64,000 nucleotides of DNA from Candidatus Moraniibacteriota bacterium (GTDB lineage Bacteria > Patescibacteriota > Minisyncoccia > Moranbacterales > GWC2-37-73): NCBI GenBank assembly GCA_013336225.1, contig JAAXUC010000002.1:74634-138633 (forward strand). The letters are read 5' to 3'. Shown here piece after piece: positions 49,677 through 58,882 of this stretch. The stretch's first letter is position 1; every line of letters begins with the position of its first letter. Below the pieces are notes generated by a model that saw only the letters and a list, made by a program, of their open reading frames with translations, was not told the origin of the DNA and searched no databases. The translations under genes and the position numbers were made by a program.

Positions 49677-50885
49677 ATGGAAAAACAACAAAATACAAAT
49701 AGCGCTCCATTGGCTGACAGAATTCGTCCTCAAACACTGGAGGATTTTTTTGGGCAGCAAGAATTGATTGGAGAAGAAACCTTTTTGCGCAAAGCTATTG
49801 TTGATGACCAGGTGCCATCCATGATTTTGTGGGGCCCGCCTGGCTCAGGCAAAACCACACTGGCAGCCATCATTGCCAATGAAACGAATGCTGATTTCAT
49901 TAAGCTAAGCGCAGTGACCAGTGGAATCAAAGAGCTCAGAAAAACAATTTCCCAGGCACAGGAAAATCAATGGCAAAAGAAAAAGACCATTTTATTTGTG
50001 GATGAAATTCATCGCTGGAACAAAGCGCAGCAAGATGCGCTGCTTCCGCATGTCGAACAAGGCCTGCTGACTTTGATTGGAGCGACCACGGAAAACCCCA
50101 GCTTTGAAGTGAATTCTGCGCTCGTTTCACGTTCGCGTGTTTTTGTTCTATACAAACTTGAAGTGAACGACTTGGAAAAGATTATTAGCAAGGCACTTGC
50201 TGACAAGGAACATGGTCTGGGAAACAAGCAAATTGAAATCGCGTCTGAAATTATTAAGGAAATTGCCACCCTGGCCAATGGCGATGCGCGCATGGCACTT
50301 AACACTTTGGAAGCCGCAGCCAACCAAAGTAAAATTATTACTAGAGAATTGCTGAAGCAAATCATTCAGAAGTCGCATTTGTATTATGATAAAAATGGAG
50401 AGGAGCATTACAATATCATTTCCGCACTGCATAAATCCATGCGTGGTGGCGACGCAGATGCCAGTGTGTATTGGTTGGCGCGCATGATTGAAGGCGGAGA
50501 ACAGCCGACGTATATTGCGCGCAGACTTTTGCGTTTTGCCTCTGAAGACATTGGCTTGGCTGATAATTTTGCTTTGGTGCTGGCCAATAATGTTTTTGAT
50601 GCTTGTCACAAGTTGGGATATCCTGAATGCTCAGTGCATTTGGCACAATTGGTTGTCTATATGGCCAAGTCGCCGAAAAGTGTGGCTACATATTTTGCAT
50701 ATAATAAAGCCAAAAAAGACGTGGAAGAATTTGGGAATCTGCCTGTGCCCATGCACATTCGCAATGCCCCCACCAAGTTAATGGAAAAACTGGGCTACGG
50801 CAAAGGCTATAAATACACACCAGTGGAGGGAAGTGAGGGGCAGGAATATTTACCTAAGGAAATTAAAAATAAAAAGTATCTTTAA
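49677..50885 (+). CDS. rarA: Replication-associated recombination protein A
   Basis: PLADRIRP, GPPGSGKTT, DEIHRWNKAQQD, ATTENPSF, ISALHKSMRG, ASEDIG. Confidence 0.97.
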   Translation: MEKQQNTNSAPLADRIRPQTLEDFFGQQELIGEETFLRKAIVDDQVPSMILWGPPGSGKTTLAAIIANETNADFIKLSAVTSGIKELRKTISQAQENQWQKKKTILFVDEIHRWNKAQQDALLPHVEQGLLTLIGATTENPSFEVNSALVSRSRVFVLYKLEVNDLEKIISKALADKEHGLGNKQIEIASEIIKEIATLANGDARMALNTLEAAANQSKIITRELLKQIIQKSHLYYDKNGEEHYNIISALHKSMRGGDADASVYWLARMIEGGEQPTYIARRLLRFASEDIGLADNFALVLANNVFDACHKLGYPECSVHLAQLVVYMAKSPKSVATYFAYNKAKKDVEEFGNLPVPMHIRNAPTKLMEKLGYGKGYKYTPVEGSEGQEYLPKEIKNKKYL

Positions 50886-51141
50886 TTGAAATCATTGCAA
50901 CACCAAAATATTTTTGCTTATAAATCCATTACTAACCGGATTCATTAGCGATTCCAAAATCATTTTTTGCGGATATGTTGAGATTGGCAAAAACATTAAT
51001 TAGTTTTAAACTTGCAACATGAAATTAGATATTTTTCACCTAAGACCCAGTTGAGTCTTTTTTGGTATAATTTTTTAAATTAGGGCAGTTGTTTTTTTTA
51101 TTGTTAATATGCATAAATAGTAAATATAAAAATATTTTGGT

Positions 51142-51981
51142 ATGTTTGGAATAATACTGATTTCAATAGGAACATTCTTTGAAGAAATTTCTGAGTCAAT
51201 TAGTAAAATAAAAATCAATAATGGCGAAGCAAGTGTCCTCACTATGGCATTTCTAAGTTTATTTTGGGGTGCTATTTTCTATGTACTTATTGGCATTTCT
51301 AAAAACGACGAGTTTATTTTTAAAATTGCGTCTTTGCCAACCTTTACTATTAGAGCTTTTTTTGAAATAATCCAGGCATACGTTTCTGTTTTAGCTGTAG
51401 TCAGTGCTGACAGGACTACTTATAGTTTTGTAAGGACAATTACAATCCCACTTCTTGTTATCGTTGATCTTATTTTAGGTTATAAGATGAATATATTGCC
51501 AATAACTGGCATATTTATCATTTTGATTTCCATACTGGTGTTATTTATGAATAAGAAAATAGGGAAAAAAGGAATTGGCCTTGCTCTTTTTTCCGCAGTT
51601 AATGCTGTGGTGACTATCTCTCTTTTTAAATATGATATAACTCATTACAATTCTGTGGCAGCCGAGCAATTATTCATAAGTTTAATTTTATTGATATTTT
51701 TTGCAATATTCTCAATAGTTAGGGCGAAAGAAAACCCATTTATTTTCCTAACTAAACCAGTGTTTTTTTACCAATCATTCTCAGTTGGCATTGGTGGAGT
51801 AATAGAAAGCTTTGGTTACAACTATGGAGCCGCTTCTATAATGACTGCAGCTAAGCGATCATCAGCCTTATTTTGGTCAGTTTTATCTGGGAAGGTTTAT
51901 TTTAAAGAAGATAATATTAAATTGAAAATTATAGTAATGAACTTGCTGGTCTTAGGATTGGTTTTATTGGCATTAAATTGA
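51142..51981 (+). CDS. Multi-pass membrane protein (DMT/EamA-like), very AT-rich
   Basis: About 10 hydrophobic segments in two halves; KR.S...S...G...FKE ending. Confidence 0.65.
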   Translation: MFGIILISIGTFFEEISESISKIKINNGEASVLTMAFLSLFWGAIFYVLIGISKNDEFIFKIASLPTFTIRAFFEIIQAYVSVLAVVSADRTTYSFVRTITIPLLVIVDLILGYKMNILPITGIFIILISILVLFMNKKIGKKGIGLALFSAVNAVVTISLFKYDITHYNSVAAEQLFISLILLIFFAIFSIVRAKENPFIFLTKPVFFYQSFSVGIGGVIESFGYNYGAASIMTAAKRSSALFWSVLSGKVYFKEDNIKLKIIVMNLLVLGLVLLALN

Positions 51982-52110
51982 TTAAAATATGTTGATCAAC
52001 CAAATTTAGCGCTGCAGTAGAAAGACCCAGAGTTTAAATTATTTCATTAGAAAGTTCTTGTTTATAGATCCAGCGCTAATCGCACTCACTAGCCAGCTCG
52101 TGCAAAAACA

Positions 52111-52139
52111 AAAAGCTCCACTTTAATGTGGAGCTTTTT
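52111..52139. terminator. Bidirectional terminator
   Basis: AAAAGCTCCAC-TTTAAT-GTGGAGCTTTT. Confidence 0.8.
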
Positions 52140-52152
52140 AATACGCAAAAAA

Positions 52153-55100
52153 TTAGAATCTTTCTTTTTCGCCAATAAAAGTCATGTATAAAGTTGGGAT
52201 AATGAACAGGGTGAAGAAGGATGAAATGGAGAGTCCAAAGATTACGGCTGATCCCAAGGCAGTCCAAGTTGCATTGGAAAGGGTGATTGGGATGATGCCG
52301 GCAATGGTCACAATGGAAGTGATGAAAATTGCTTCCAATCTGGATTTTCCAGCATCAATAATGGAATCATTGAAGGGGATGCCAGTTTCAATGTTGAGAT
52401 TTATTTTGTCGATCAAAATGATGGCATTTTTAACCACAATTCCAAAGAGTGCCAGAATACCAATGAGCCCTGGGAAGCTCAAGGTCACACCTAAAAGCGC
52501 CATACCTATAAACACTCCAATCAGGGCCAAGGGAAGTGTGACAAGCACGATGATGGCTTTTTTGAATGAATTGAATTGAATAACTAAGGTTGAAATGATC
52601 AAGAGCGCGGCAATGGCCATGGCGCGAATGATAGAAAGCACTGACTGGGCATTTTGCTCGTTTTCGCCGCCATAGGCGATGACATATCCCTCAGGCAAGG
52701 AATATTCATTGGTAATTTTATCTTGAAATTGCTTGACCACTTCATTTGAGCTGGTGGTCCCGGTGACATCCGCAGTGAGCAGCACTGTTCTTTTTTGATC
52801 AATGCGTTTGATGGAGTCGACTGATGGCGTGAGAGTGACGGTCGCAACATCTTTGATGAAAACCGGTTGTTTTTTTGTGTTTAGAATCTGCAGGTTTTGG
52901 ATGGCTTCCAAGGTTGGAATTTTGTCTTTCCCATAGCGCGCCAACACATCAACGTTCTTATTATCGCGAATGACAGTGGTCACTGTGGTGCCTGAAATTG
53001 CACTGCGCAACGCGGTGCCAACCATGGCGGCATTCAGATCATAGAGCTCCATCTTGGTTTGATCTAGTGAGAAAGTGTATTCTGCTGGAGCGTCTTTGAG
53101 TGAAATGTCAGAATTGATTGTGCCAGTCACGGAATCGATGAGCGGTTTTAAATCATTGGCAATCTTATCTAGGGTTTGCAAATTTTCTCCACTGATTTGC
53201 GCTTGAAAAGCACTGCCAGATGGCGGCCCACCACGCGGCGCGGAAACTGTGATGGTGGCATCTTGAATGTCAGCAAGGGAATCGCGAATTTCCTCAGCAA
53301 TATCATAGGCCTTGATGTCGCGATTTTCCATTGGGATAAGTTTGATTGTGATTGAAGCAGTGTTTGAATTGTTTGAGCCGCCACTCATGCTGCTACCTCC
53401 AGAGCCAGCATTGCCAACAATGGTTGAAAAATTGACAATGTTTGGTATTGCAAGCAAACGTTTTTCAACTTCATTGGCAATCTTGTCGGTTTGATCCAAG
53501 CTTAAGCCGACAGGTCCGCGCAGGCTGACATAGAGCGCATCTCCATCCGCAGCTGGAAAAAATTCTGACTTCACGACTCCTGTGATTGGAAGTGAAATTG
53601 CGAAAATAAAAAGTGCCAAAGTTGAAAGCAGTGTGACGATCCTGCGTTTTTTTGAGCTGGTTGCTAAGCGCAGATATTTTTCATAGACAGGTAAAACCTT
53701 GTCAAAGTGAATGACACCATGAATCAACTTGCTGGCCAAGCTAGCATTCTCGCGGTCACCTTGCGCGAGCAGTTTTTGTTTGATGAGTTCGTCGCTGTCC
53801 CATTCTTTTTCAGCCAGCATGAAATTTTCTTCAAGTGTTTTTTTGCCAGTATTGAAATACCAGGAAATCATCCAGGCAACAACCACAAAAGAAAGCGTTG
53901 CAAAAACGTAGCCGAAAGCGGCATGTTGCATTGCAGAAAAAAGACCAATGCCAAGGGTTGAAAATAGGATTAGCCAGAAAAATTTCTTGGTCAGTCTGAT
54001 CCTTTCGAGCACGGCTGCCAAGGGATGATTGATGGCCAGTGCAATCAGCAAAGAAGAAATAAGGGTCACAGAAACAGTAATAGGAATTGATTTAATAAAT
54101 TGTCCGATCATGCCTGAGGCCATGAGTAGCGGCAAAAATGCCCACACAGTTGCAAGCGTGGTGGAGACAAGCACGACTTTGAAATCATGCAAAACCAGTA
54201 GCACTGCTTCTTCGGGAGTGTATTTGCCTGTTTTCATATATTGCTTGGTTGCGCTGACCACCACAATTGCATCGTCAACCAGAAGGCCAAGTGAAAGCAG
54301 GAGAGCAAAAATGGAAAGAAAATTGAGCGATGTTCCAGTCACTTGCATAACTCCGAAGGTGACAAAGAAAACCAAAGGAATGGCAATGCCAGCCACAAAA
54401 GCTTCTTTCAAACCAACGATAAGAAATAGAATTCCCACCACTAAAATTAAAGTCAAAAGAAAATCATGAGTTAATTGATTGAAGTCTTTTTCAATTCGAT
54501 CAGCTTGATTGACCGTGTCGGCATAGGTCATGCCCGTGGGAAAAGTTTTCAGTAGTGCATCGATTTTTGCACGAGCATTGTCAACAGTGCTGGTGATGTT
54601 TCCACCAGTTCTTTTGACGACTTGCAAAGTGACCGCATTTTGTGGAATTTCTCCATTGCTTGAAAAACGCGAATAGATGGTTTTTTCAATGGCTTTTTCC
54701 TCAACCTTTGCAATGTCTTTCAAATACACGATGGCTCCTTGCGCAGTGTGCAAAACAGCAATATCGCCCAGTTTTTGGGCGTCGTAAAATCGGCCATCTG
54801 TGCGGACGGGATAATTAAACTCAGATCCTTGAAAATTTCCAGCTGGGATTGCACGATTGGTGGCTGAAATAGCTGCATTGGCTTGGTCAGTAGTGATTCC
54901 ATAAGACACTAATTTCATTGGGTCATAGGCAACTTCAAATTCACTTTCATCTCCTCCGGAGATGTTGACTTCGCGAATGCCAGGAATTTTCTCCAGTTCG
55001 TCTTGAATTTTTTCGCCATATTCTCGCAAAGTGAATCCATCATAAGGACCAACCAAGGCAAACGTCACAATCGGTGTGTCATCAAGTGAAATTTCTTTGA

Positions 55101-55560
55101 CTTGTGGATCATTGGCGTCAGAGGGAATGTCGTTTCGGATTGTTGGCAATTTATCTCGCAATTTTCTGACACTGTCATCCACATTTTGCTTGGCATCAAA
55201 TTCGACCACCACGGTGGAAAAAGAATTGGCTGAAGTAGAAGTGATTTTGTTGATTCCACTGACACCTGAAATGGCAGTTTCGATTTTTTTAGTGACCAGT
55301 TCCTCCATGTCAGAAGGGGACACTCCAGGATAGGAGGCGGTGATGATAGCAGTGGCAATTTTCACTTCCGGGTTTGATTCGCGCGGAAGTTGCGTGAAAG
55401 AATATATGCCCCAAAGTGAGATGAGCATGATCAGCAAGATGACAACTCTGAAATTTGAAACAAAGAAATTCAGCCAGGTGTTTCTTTTGTCTGGCGTGAA
55501 TTCGAGTTTATCCAAATAGGCACTGTCAGTTGATTGAAATTTATTTTCTGGATTTTCCAT
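52153..55560 (-). CDS. RND efflux permease (AcrB/SwrC family)
   Basis: YPG.SP..ME..V...IE, GLLVDDAIVV, GIVVKNAIIL, RL.AI..TS. Confidence 0.95.
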   Translation of the reverse strand: MENPENKFQSTDSAYLDKLEFTPDKRNTWLNFFVSNFRVVILLIMLISLWGIYSFTQLPRESNPEVKIATAIITASYPGVSPSDMEELVTKKIETAISGVSGINKITSTSANSFSTVVVEFDAKQNVDDSVRKLRDKLPTIRNDIPSDANDPQVKEISLDDTPIVTFALVGPYDGFTLREYGEKIQDELEKIPGIREVNISGGDESEFEVAYDPMKLVSYGITTDQANAAISATNRAIPAGNFQGSEFNYPVRTDGRFYDAQKLGDIAVLHTAQGAIVYLKDIAKVEEKAIEKTIYSRFSSNGEIPQNAVTLQVVKRTGGNITSTVDNARAKIDALLKTFPTGMTYADTVNQADRIEKDFNQLTHDFLLTLILVVGILFLIVGLKEAFVAGIAIPLVFFVTFGVMQVTGTSLNFLSIFALLLSLGLLVDDAIVVVSATKQYMKTGKYTPEEAVLLVLHDFKVVLVSTTLATVWAFLPLLMASGMIGQFIKSIPITVSVTLISSLLIALAINHPLAAVLERIRLTKKFFWLILFSTLGIGLFSAMQHAAFGYVFATLSFVVVAWMISWYFNTGKKTLEENFMLAEKEWDSDELIKQKLLAQGDRENASLASKLIHGVIHFDKVLPVYEKYLRLATSSKKRRIVTLLSTLALFIFAISLPITGVVKSEFFPAADGDALYVSLRGPVGLSLDQTDKIANEVEKRLLAIPNIVNFSTIVGNAGSGGSSMSGGSNNSNTASITIKLIPMENRDIKAYDIAEEIRDSLADIQDATITVSAPRGGPPSGSAFQAQISGENLQTLDKIANDLKPLIDSVTGTINSDISLKDAPAEYTFSLDQTKMELYDLNAAMVGTALRSAISGTTVTTVIRDNKNVDVLARYGKDKIPTLEAIQNLQILNTKKQPVFIKDVATVTLTPSVDSIKRIDQKRTVLLTADVTGTTSSNEVVKQFQDKITNEYSLPEGYVIAYGGENEQNAQSVLSIIRAMAIAALLIISTLVIQFNSFKKAIIVLVTLPLALIGVFIGMALLGVTLSFPGLIGILALFGIVVKNAIILIDKINLNIETGIPFNDSIIDAGKSRLEAIFITSIVTIAGIIPITLSNATWTALGSAVIFGLSISSFFTLFIIPTLYMTFIGEKERF

Positions 55561-55578
55561 AAAAGTGTTTTCTTTAAT

Positions 55579-56685
55579 TTAATTTTGCAAAGCAATGGTT
55601 TCTCCACCTCGCAGTAGCTTGTTGCCATCTATGATGATGAGTGTTTCATTTGAAATCGAAGATGCTATTTCAGCATTTTCCCCATCAACTTTCACGATTT
55701 GCACAACCTGTTTTTTTGCAACATTATTTTCAGCCACGAAAATATAACTTTCATTTTGGCCAGTGCCAATGGCGGAAAGTGGCAAAATCAGATTGCCAGT
55801 CATTTTTGGTTTAGTGATCGTTTCAATGTTGACAGTCGCAATCGTGCCAGCCAACAACGTTGTCTGCCCCTGTTTTTCGGGATAAGCCTCAATCAAAAAA
55901 CGTTTGGTCATCTGATCAGCTGAGACGGAAATATTTCTTATCAACAAAGAGATTGAATTTCCAGTGGCATCAAAGGCTGCAATTCTTTGTCCACGGATCA
56001 AGTTGTTGCGCTGCTCTTGCTCGACAAAAAATTGAATTTTAATGTTCGCTGATTTACTGATGGTGGCAAGCTGTTGTCCAGCTGAAACAGAATCTCCCAC
56101 GGAAACAGTTTTATTGGTGATCACTCCGGCAATAGGGCTGAGCATGAGATGATTGTCAATTGAACCACTAAGTCCGAGCAAAGTGTTTTCATATTGCAAT
56201 CTGGCAATGTCTCGTTGAGCTTTGGCGTTGTCTTTTTGTGTCCTGGTTGCTGAAGACGAATCCTTAATGTCATTGTAGATATCTTTTGCTAGACTGTATG
56301 ATTTTTTGGCTTGCTCTGATGCTATATTGGCCTGCTGAACCATGATACTTTTGAGTCCATCTTCTCCAATGTTAAGCGTGCCAGTGTCATCAATCTTGGC
56401 CAGCAATGTTCCAACATTCACTCTGTCCCCAATGTTTCCAGGGGCAACCACAATTGTCCCAGCTGATTTGGCGGTGATTTTAACTTCCTGATCCCCAACA
56501 ACATTGGCAGGATATTGTTTTTTTTGTAAAAATTCTTTGCTGTCAGCAGCTGATTTTGCTGTGACGGAAATGGGCTTCTTGATTGTCTCTTTCGTTGGTT
56601 CAATATTTTTGCTTTGATAACGCAAAGCAAAAATAAAAAGCAATAAGACTGCTGAAATGGCTGCGATGATTTTTTTCTTGTTCAT
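55579..56685 (-). CDS. RND adaptor (membrane fusion protein)
   Basis: GD.V..G..LA.ID, SPIAGVI....VSVGD.V..GQ. Confidence 0.9.
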   Translation of the reverse strand: MNKKKIIAAISAVLLLFIFALRYQSKNIEPTKETIKKPISVTAKSAADSKEFLQKKQYPANVVGDQEVKITAKSAGTIVVAPGNIGDRVNVGTLLAKIDDTGTLNIGEDGLKSIMVQQANIASEQAKKSYSLAKDIYNDIKDSSSATRTQKDNAKAQRDIARLQYENTLLGLSGSIDNHLMLSPIAGVITNKTVSVGDSVSAGQQLATISKSANIKIQFFVEQEQRNNLIRGQRIAAFDATGNSISLLIRNISVSADQMTKRFLIEAYPEKQGQTTLLAGTIATVNIETITKPKMTGNLILPLSAIGTGQNESYIFVAENNVAKKQVVQIVKVDGENAEIASSISNETLIIIDGNKLLRGGETIALQN

Positions 56686-56694
56686 AAAATTTTT

Positions 56695-57165
56695 CTAAGA
56701 CTTAAATATTTTTGCTAATTCGTGTTCTCCATTGTCGAGTATGACAGACAGCTTCTTGAAGAAAGCTTTGTGTTGAGCAATTTCATTTTTGGTGAATTTT
56801 TTTTCAAAAGATATCTGCGCTTTTTGCAATCTTTTTTCCAAATCAGTCAGTCTTCTTTTGCCAGAGGCGGTGAGCTTGATTATTACTTTGCGCTTGTCGC
56901 CAGTATTCTCTGCGTGGGTGCGGGTGACATAGTCTTCTTTTTCGAGGAAACTCAGTCGTTGACTCATGTTGGATTTAGTGGCGCTGGTAATTCTTATCAG
57001 ATCACTGGAGGTGAGTGGCCCACTAGTTGCCAATGACTTTAAAATCTTCATGCTCATATGCGAAAATCCCATGGGCTGAAAAACATATTTGTTGGCGATG
57101 GCTTCAAGTCGATGAGTGATGCAAATGATCGGCTCGATTGGTGAGGATGTATCATTTTTTTTCAT
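56695..57165 (-). CDS. MarR family transcriptional regulator
   Basis: KSNMSQRL..LE...YV.R.....DKR...I.LT..G. Confidence 0.9.
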   Translation of the reverse strand: MKKNDTSSPIEPIICITHRLEAIANKYVFQPMGFSHMSMKILKSLATSGPLTSSDLIRITSATKSNMSQRLSFLEKEDYVTRTHAENTGDKRKVIIKLTASGKRRLTDLEKRLQKAQISFEKKFTKNEIAQHKAFFKKLSVILDNGEHELAKIFKS

Positions 57166-57194
57166 ATTGGCGAAATCTTTAAGAAAGTTAATGC

Positions 57195-57228
57195 CTAAAC
57201 AGTTTAGCAGTAAACTATATTTTGTCAA
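57195..57228 (-). promoter_or_regulatory. marR operon promoter with overlapping palindromic operator
   Basis: Minus strand TTGACA-16 bp-TAAACT with TGn; palindromes AGTTTA-GCAG-TAAACT (57201-57216) and CTAAAC-A-GTTTAG. Confidence 0.65.
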
Positions 57229-57287
57229 GAGTGAAGCAAATTTTTTTCAAGATGATGCATCCCGGCCAACAAAAGAGTTCTTTCGGC

Positions 57288-57316
57288 TTGACTTTTGTCT
57301 CAGATGGGTGTATACT
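57288..57316 (+). promoter_or_regulatory. Sigma70 promoter
   Basis: TTGACT-17 bp-TATACT. Confidence 0.75.
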
Positions 57317-57381
57317 AGAGTTATTGGAATAGATAGAGTCGAAACGGGTGAAAGCCCGTTTTTGCTTGTTTCCAAAAAAAT

Positions 57382-58188
57382 ATGAAAAAAAATACTAAAA
57401 AACAACTAAATAAGAAAAAAGTTATTCCTTCAAAGAAAAAGAAGAATGTTTTAGTTGAGCCAAAAAAGAAAAACTTGAAGAGAGTTGTAAAGAAGGCAAA
57501 AGTTAAAACAAAAGCGGCTTCAAAGAAAACAGCCAAGGCTGTGTTAAAGCAAAAAACAAAAAATGTTGTCAAAAAATCCATCAGAAGAGCTGGCAAACAA
57601 GATAATCATGTGCTTACTTTTGGAGAAATTCATCCAGCAAGTGGAAAAATTCTGTTGTTGATAATCTTAATCATCATTGCTTTTTCAATCTTCCTGGTTC
57701 AAAGCATGACCAGGGTTGAAGTCAAAAAAGAGCAGCCAAAGGTTGCTGGAATCACTAGCACAAGAAATATTGCCAGAGAAAAAGAAATAAACGACATGGT
57801 GCAAGGATATCCTATTGAAAAAATGACGCGTTATATTGCCAAACAAGAACCAAAAGTGGCAGCTTTCATGATTGCAATTGCAAAAAAAGAAAGTGCCTGG
57901 GGAGACAGAAAGCCAGTTTTGGATGGAGAGGATTGTTATAACTATTGGGGATTTCGTTTGAAATCTGACAGAATGGGCTCTGGCGGTCACACTTGTTTTG
58001 ACTCACCGGAGGAAGCAGTGGCAATTGTGGGAACTCGCATTAGTCACTTGGTTAATGAGGAAAAAATAGATACGCCAAAAGAGATGGTTATTTGGAAATG
58101 TGGATATTCATGTGATGGTCCAGCAGCTGCAGGCTCAGAGAAGTGGATCAAAGATGTGGATTATTATTATAAACAAATGATTAATTAG
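57382..58188 (+). CDS. Lys-rich N-terminus + TM + lysozyme/glucosaminidase-like domain
   Basis: About 70-aa K/A/V-rich head, TM, IAIAKKESAWG...CYNYWG. Confidence 0.65.
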   Translation: MKKNTKKQLNKKKVIPSKKKKNVLVEPKKKNLKRVVKKAKVKTKAASKKTAKAVLKQKTKNVVKKSIRRAGKQDNHVLTFGEIHPASGKILLLIILIIIAFSIFLVQSMTRVEVKKEQPKVAGITSTRNIAREKEINDMVQGYPIEKMTRYIAKQEPKVAAFMIAIAKKESAWGDRKPVLDGEDCYNYWGFRLKSDRMGSGGHTCFDSPEEAVAIVGTRISHLVNEEKIDTPKEMVIWKCGYSCDGPAAAGSEKWIKDVDYYYKQMIN

Positions 58189-58196
58189 AGATAAGC

Positions 58197-58280
58197 CAAA
58201 ACCCGTCACTCACGAGTGACAGGTAAAAACAAAAACCAAAACAAAACCTGTCATTCACGAATGACGGGTAAAAACAAAAA
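58197..58280 (+). repeat. Two tandem 39-bp hairpin units, period 45
   Basis: ACCCGTCACT-CACG-AGTGACAGGT and ACCTGTCATT-CACG-AATGACGGGT, each followed by AAAAACAAAAA. Confidence 0.85.
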
Positions 58281-58396
58281 AATTGGTGCGCGCGATAATT
58301 ACGCGGCACCTTTTTTGTTTTTTAATTTTGTGCTATGCTGTAAAAACGTTGCGGATAAAGCTCGTTACGTATAATTAATAACTAACAACAACACAA

Positions 58397-58771
58397 ATGC
58401 AAAACATTCAAGATGTTTTCAATCACATTCGTGAGATGAAAAAAGAACAAAAAGATTTGCGAGATATGTATAAGGATGCCCTTATTCAAGCTGATGAATA
58501 TGAGGAAATTGTGGAGGAGATCAAAGTTTTGCGTGAGAAAAAACAAGCCATTGAAGCTCGCATTCAGCTTCAACTTGGACGTGCCTATGAAAAATTCGAG
58601 GATTTGAAGCATGAGGTGGAAACTGAGAAAGAAATGATGAACGACATTGCACTTTCAACTTTGATGAAAGGTGAGACTGTGGTGGTGAAAGATGAATGGG
58701 ACAATGAATATGAACCAAGCTGGAAAGTTGGATTTAAAAAAGCTAATGGCGGAACAACAACAGGGGAATAG
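58397..58771 (+). CDS. Coiled-coil hypothetical protein
   Basis: 124-aa charged helical ORF with a terminator at about 58825-58852. Confidence 0.8.
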   Translation: MQNIQDVFNHIREMKKEQKDLRDMYKDALIQADEYEEIVEEIKVLREKKQAIEARIQLQLGRAYEKFEDLKHEVETEKEMMNDIALSTLMKGETVVVKDEWDNEYEPSWKVGFKKANGGTTTGE

Positions 58772-58882
58772 TAAATAGCTTTTTAGGCTTTAGCTTGTTA
58801 GCTTTTTAGGAAAAATGCAGAATACAAAAGTCCCCATGCAAATGGGGCTTTTGCTTGCTAAAAGCATCGAAATAAGACAATA

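Noticed and set aside
57324-57375. Hammerhead ribozyme (also 9115-9160)
   Set aside because: GAAAC...GTT resembles stem III, but the CUGANGA core is not matched and stem II is absent
58197-58280. CRISPR array
   Set aside because: Two units, 6-bp spacer, no cas genes
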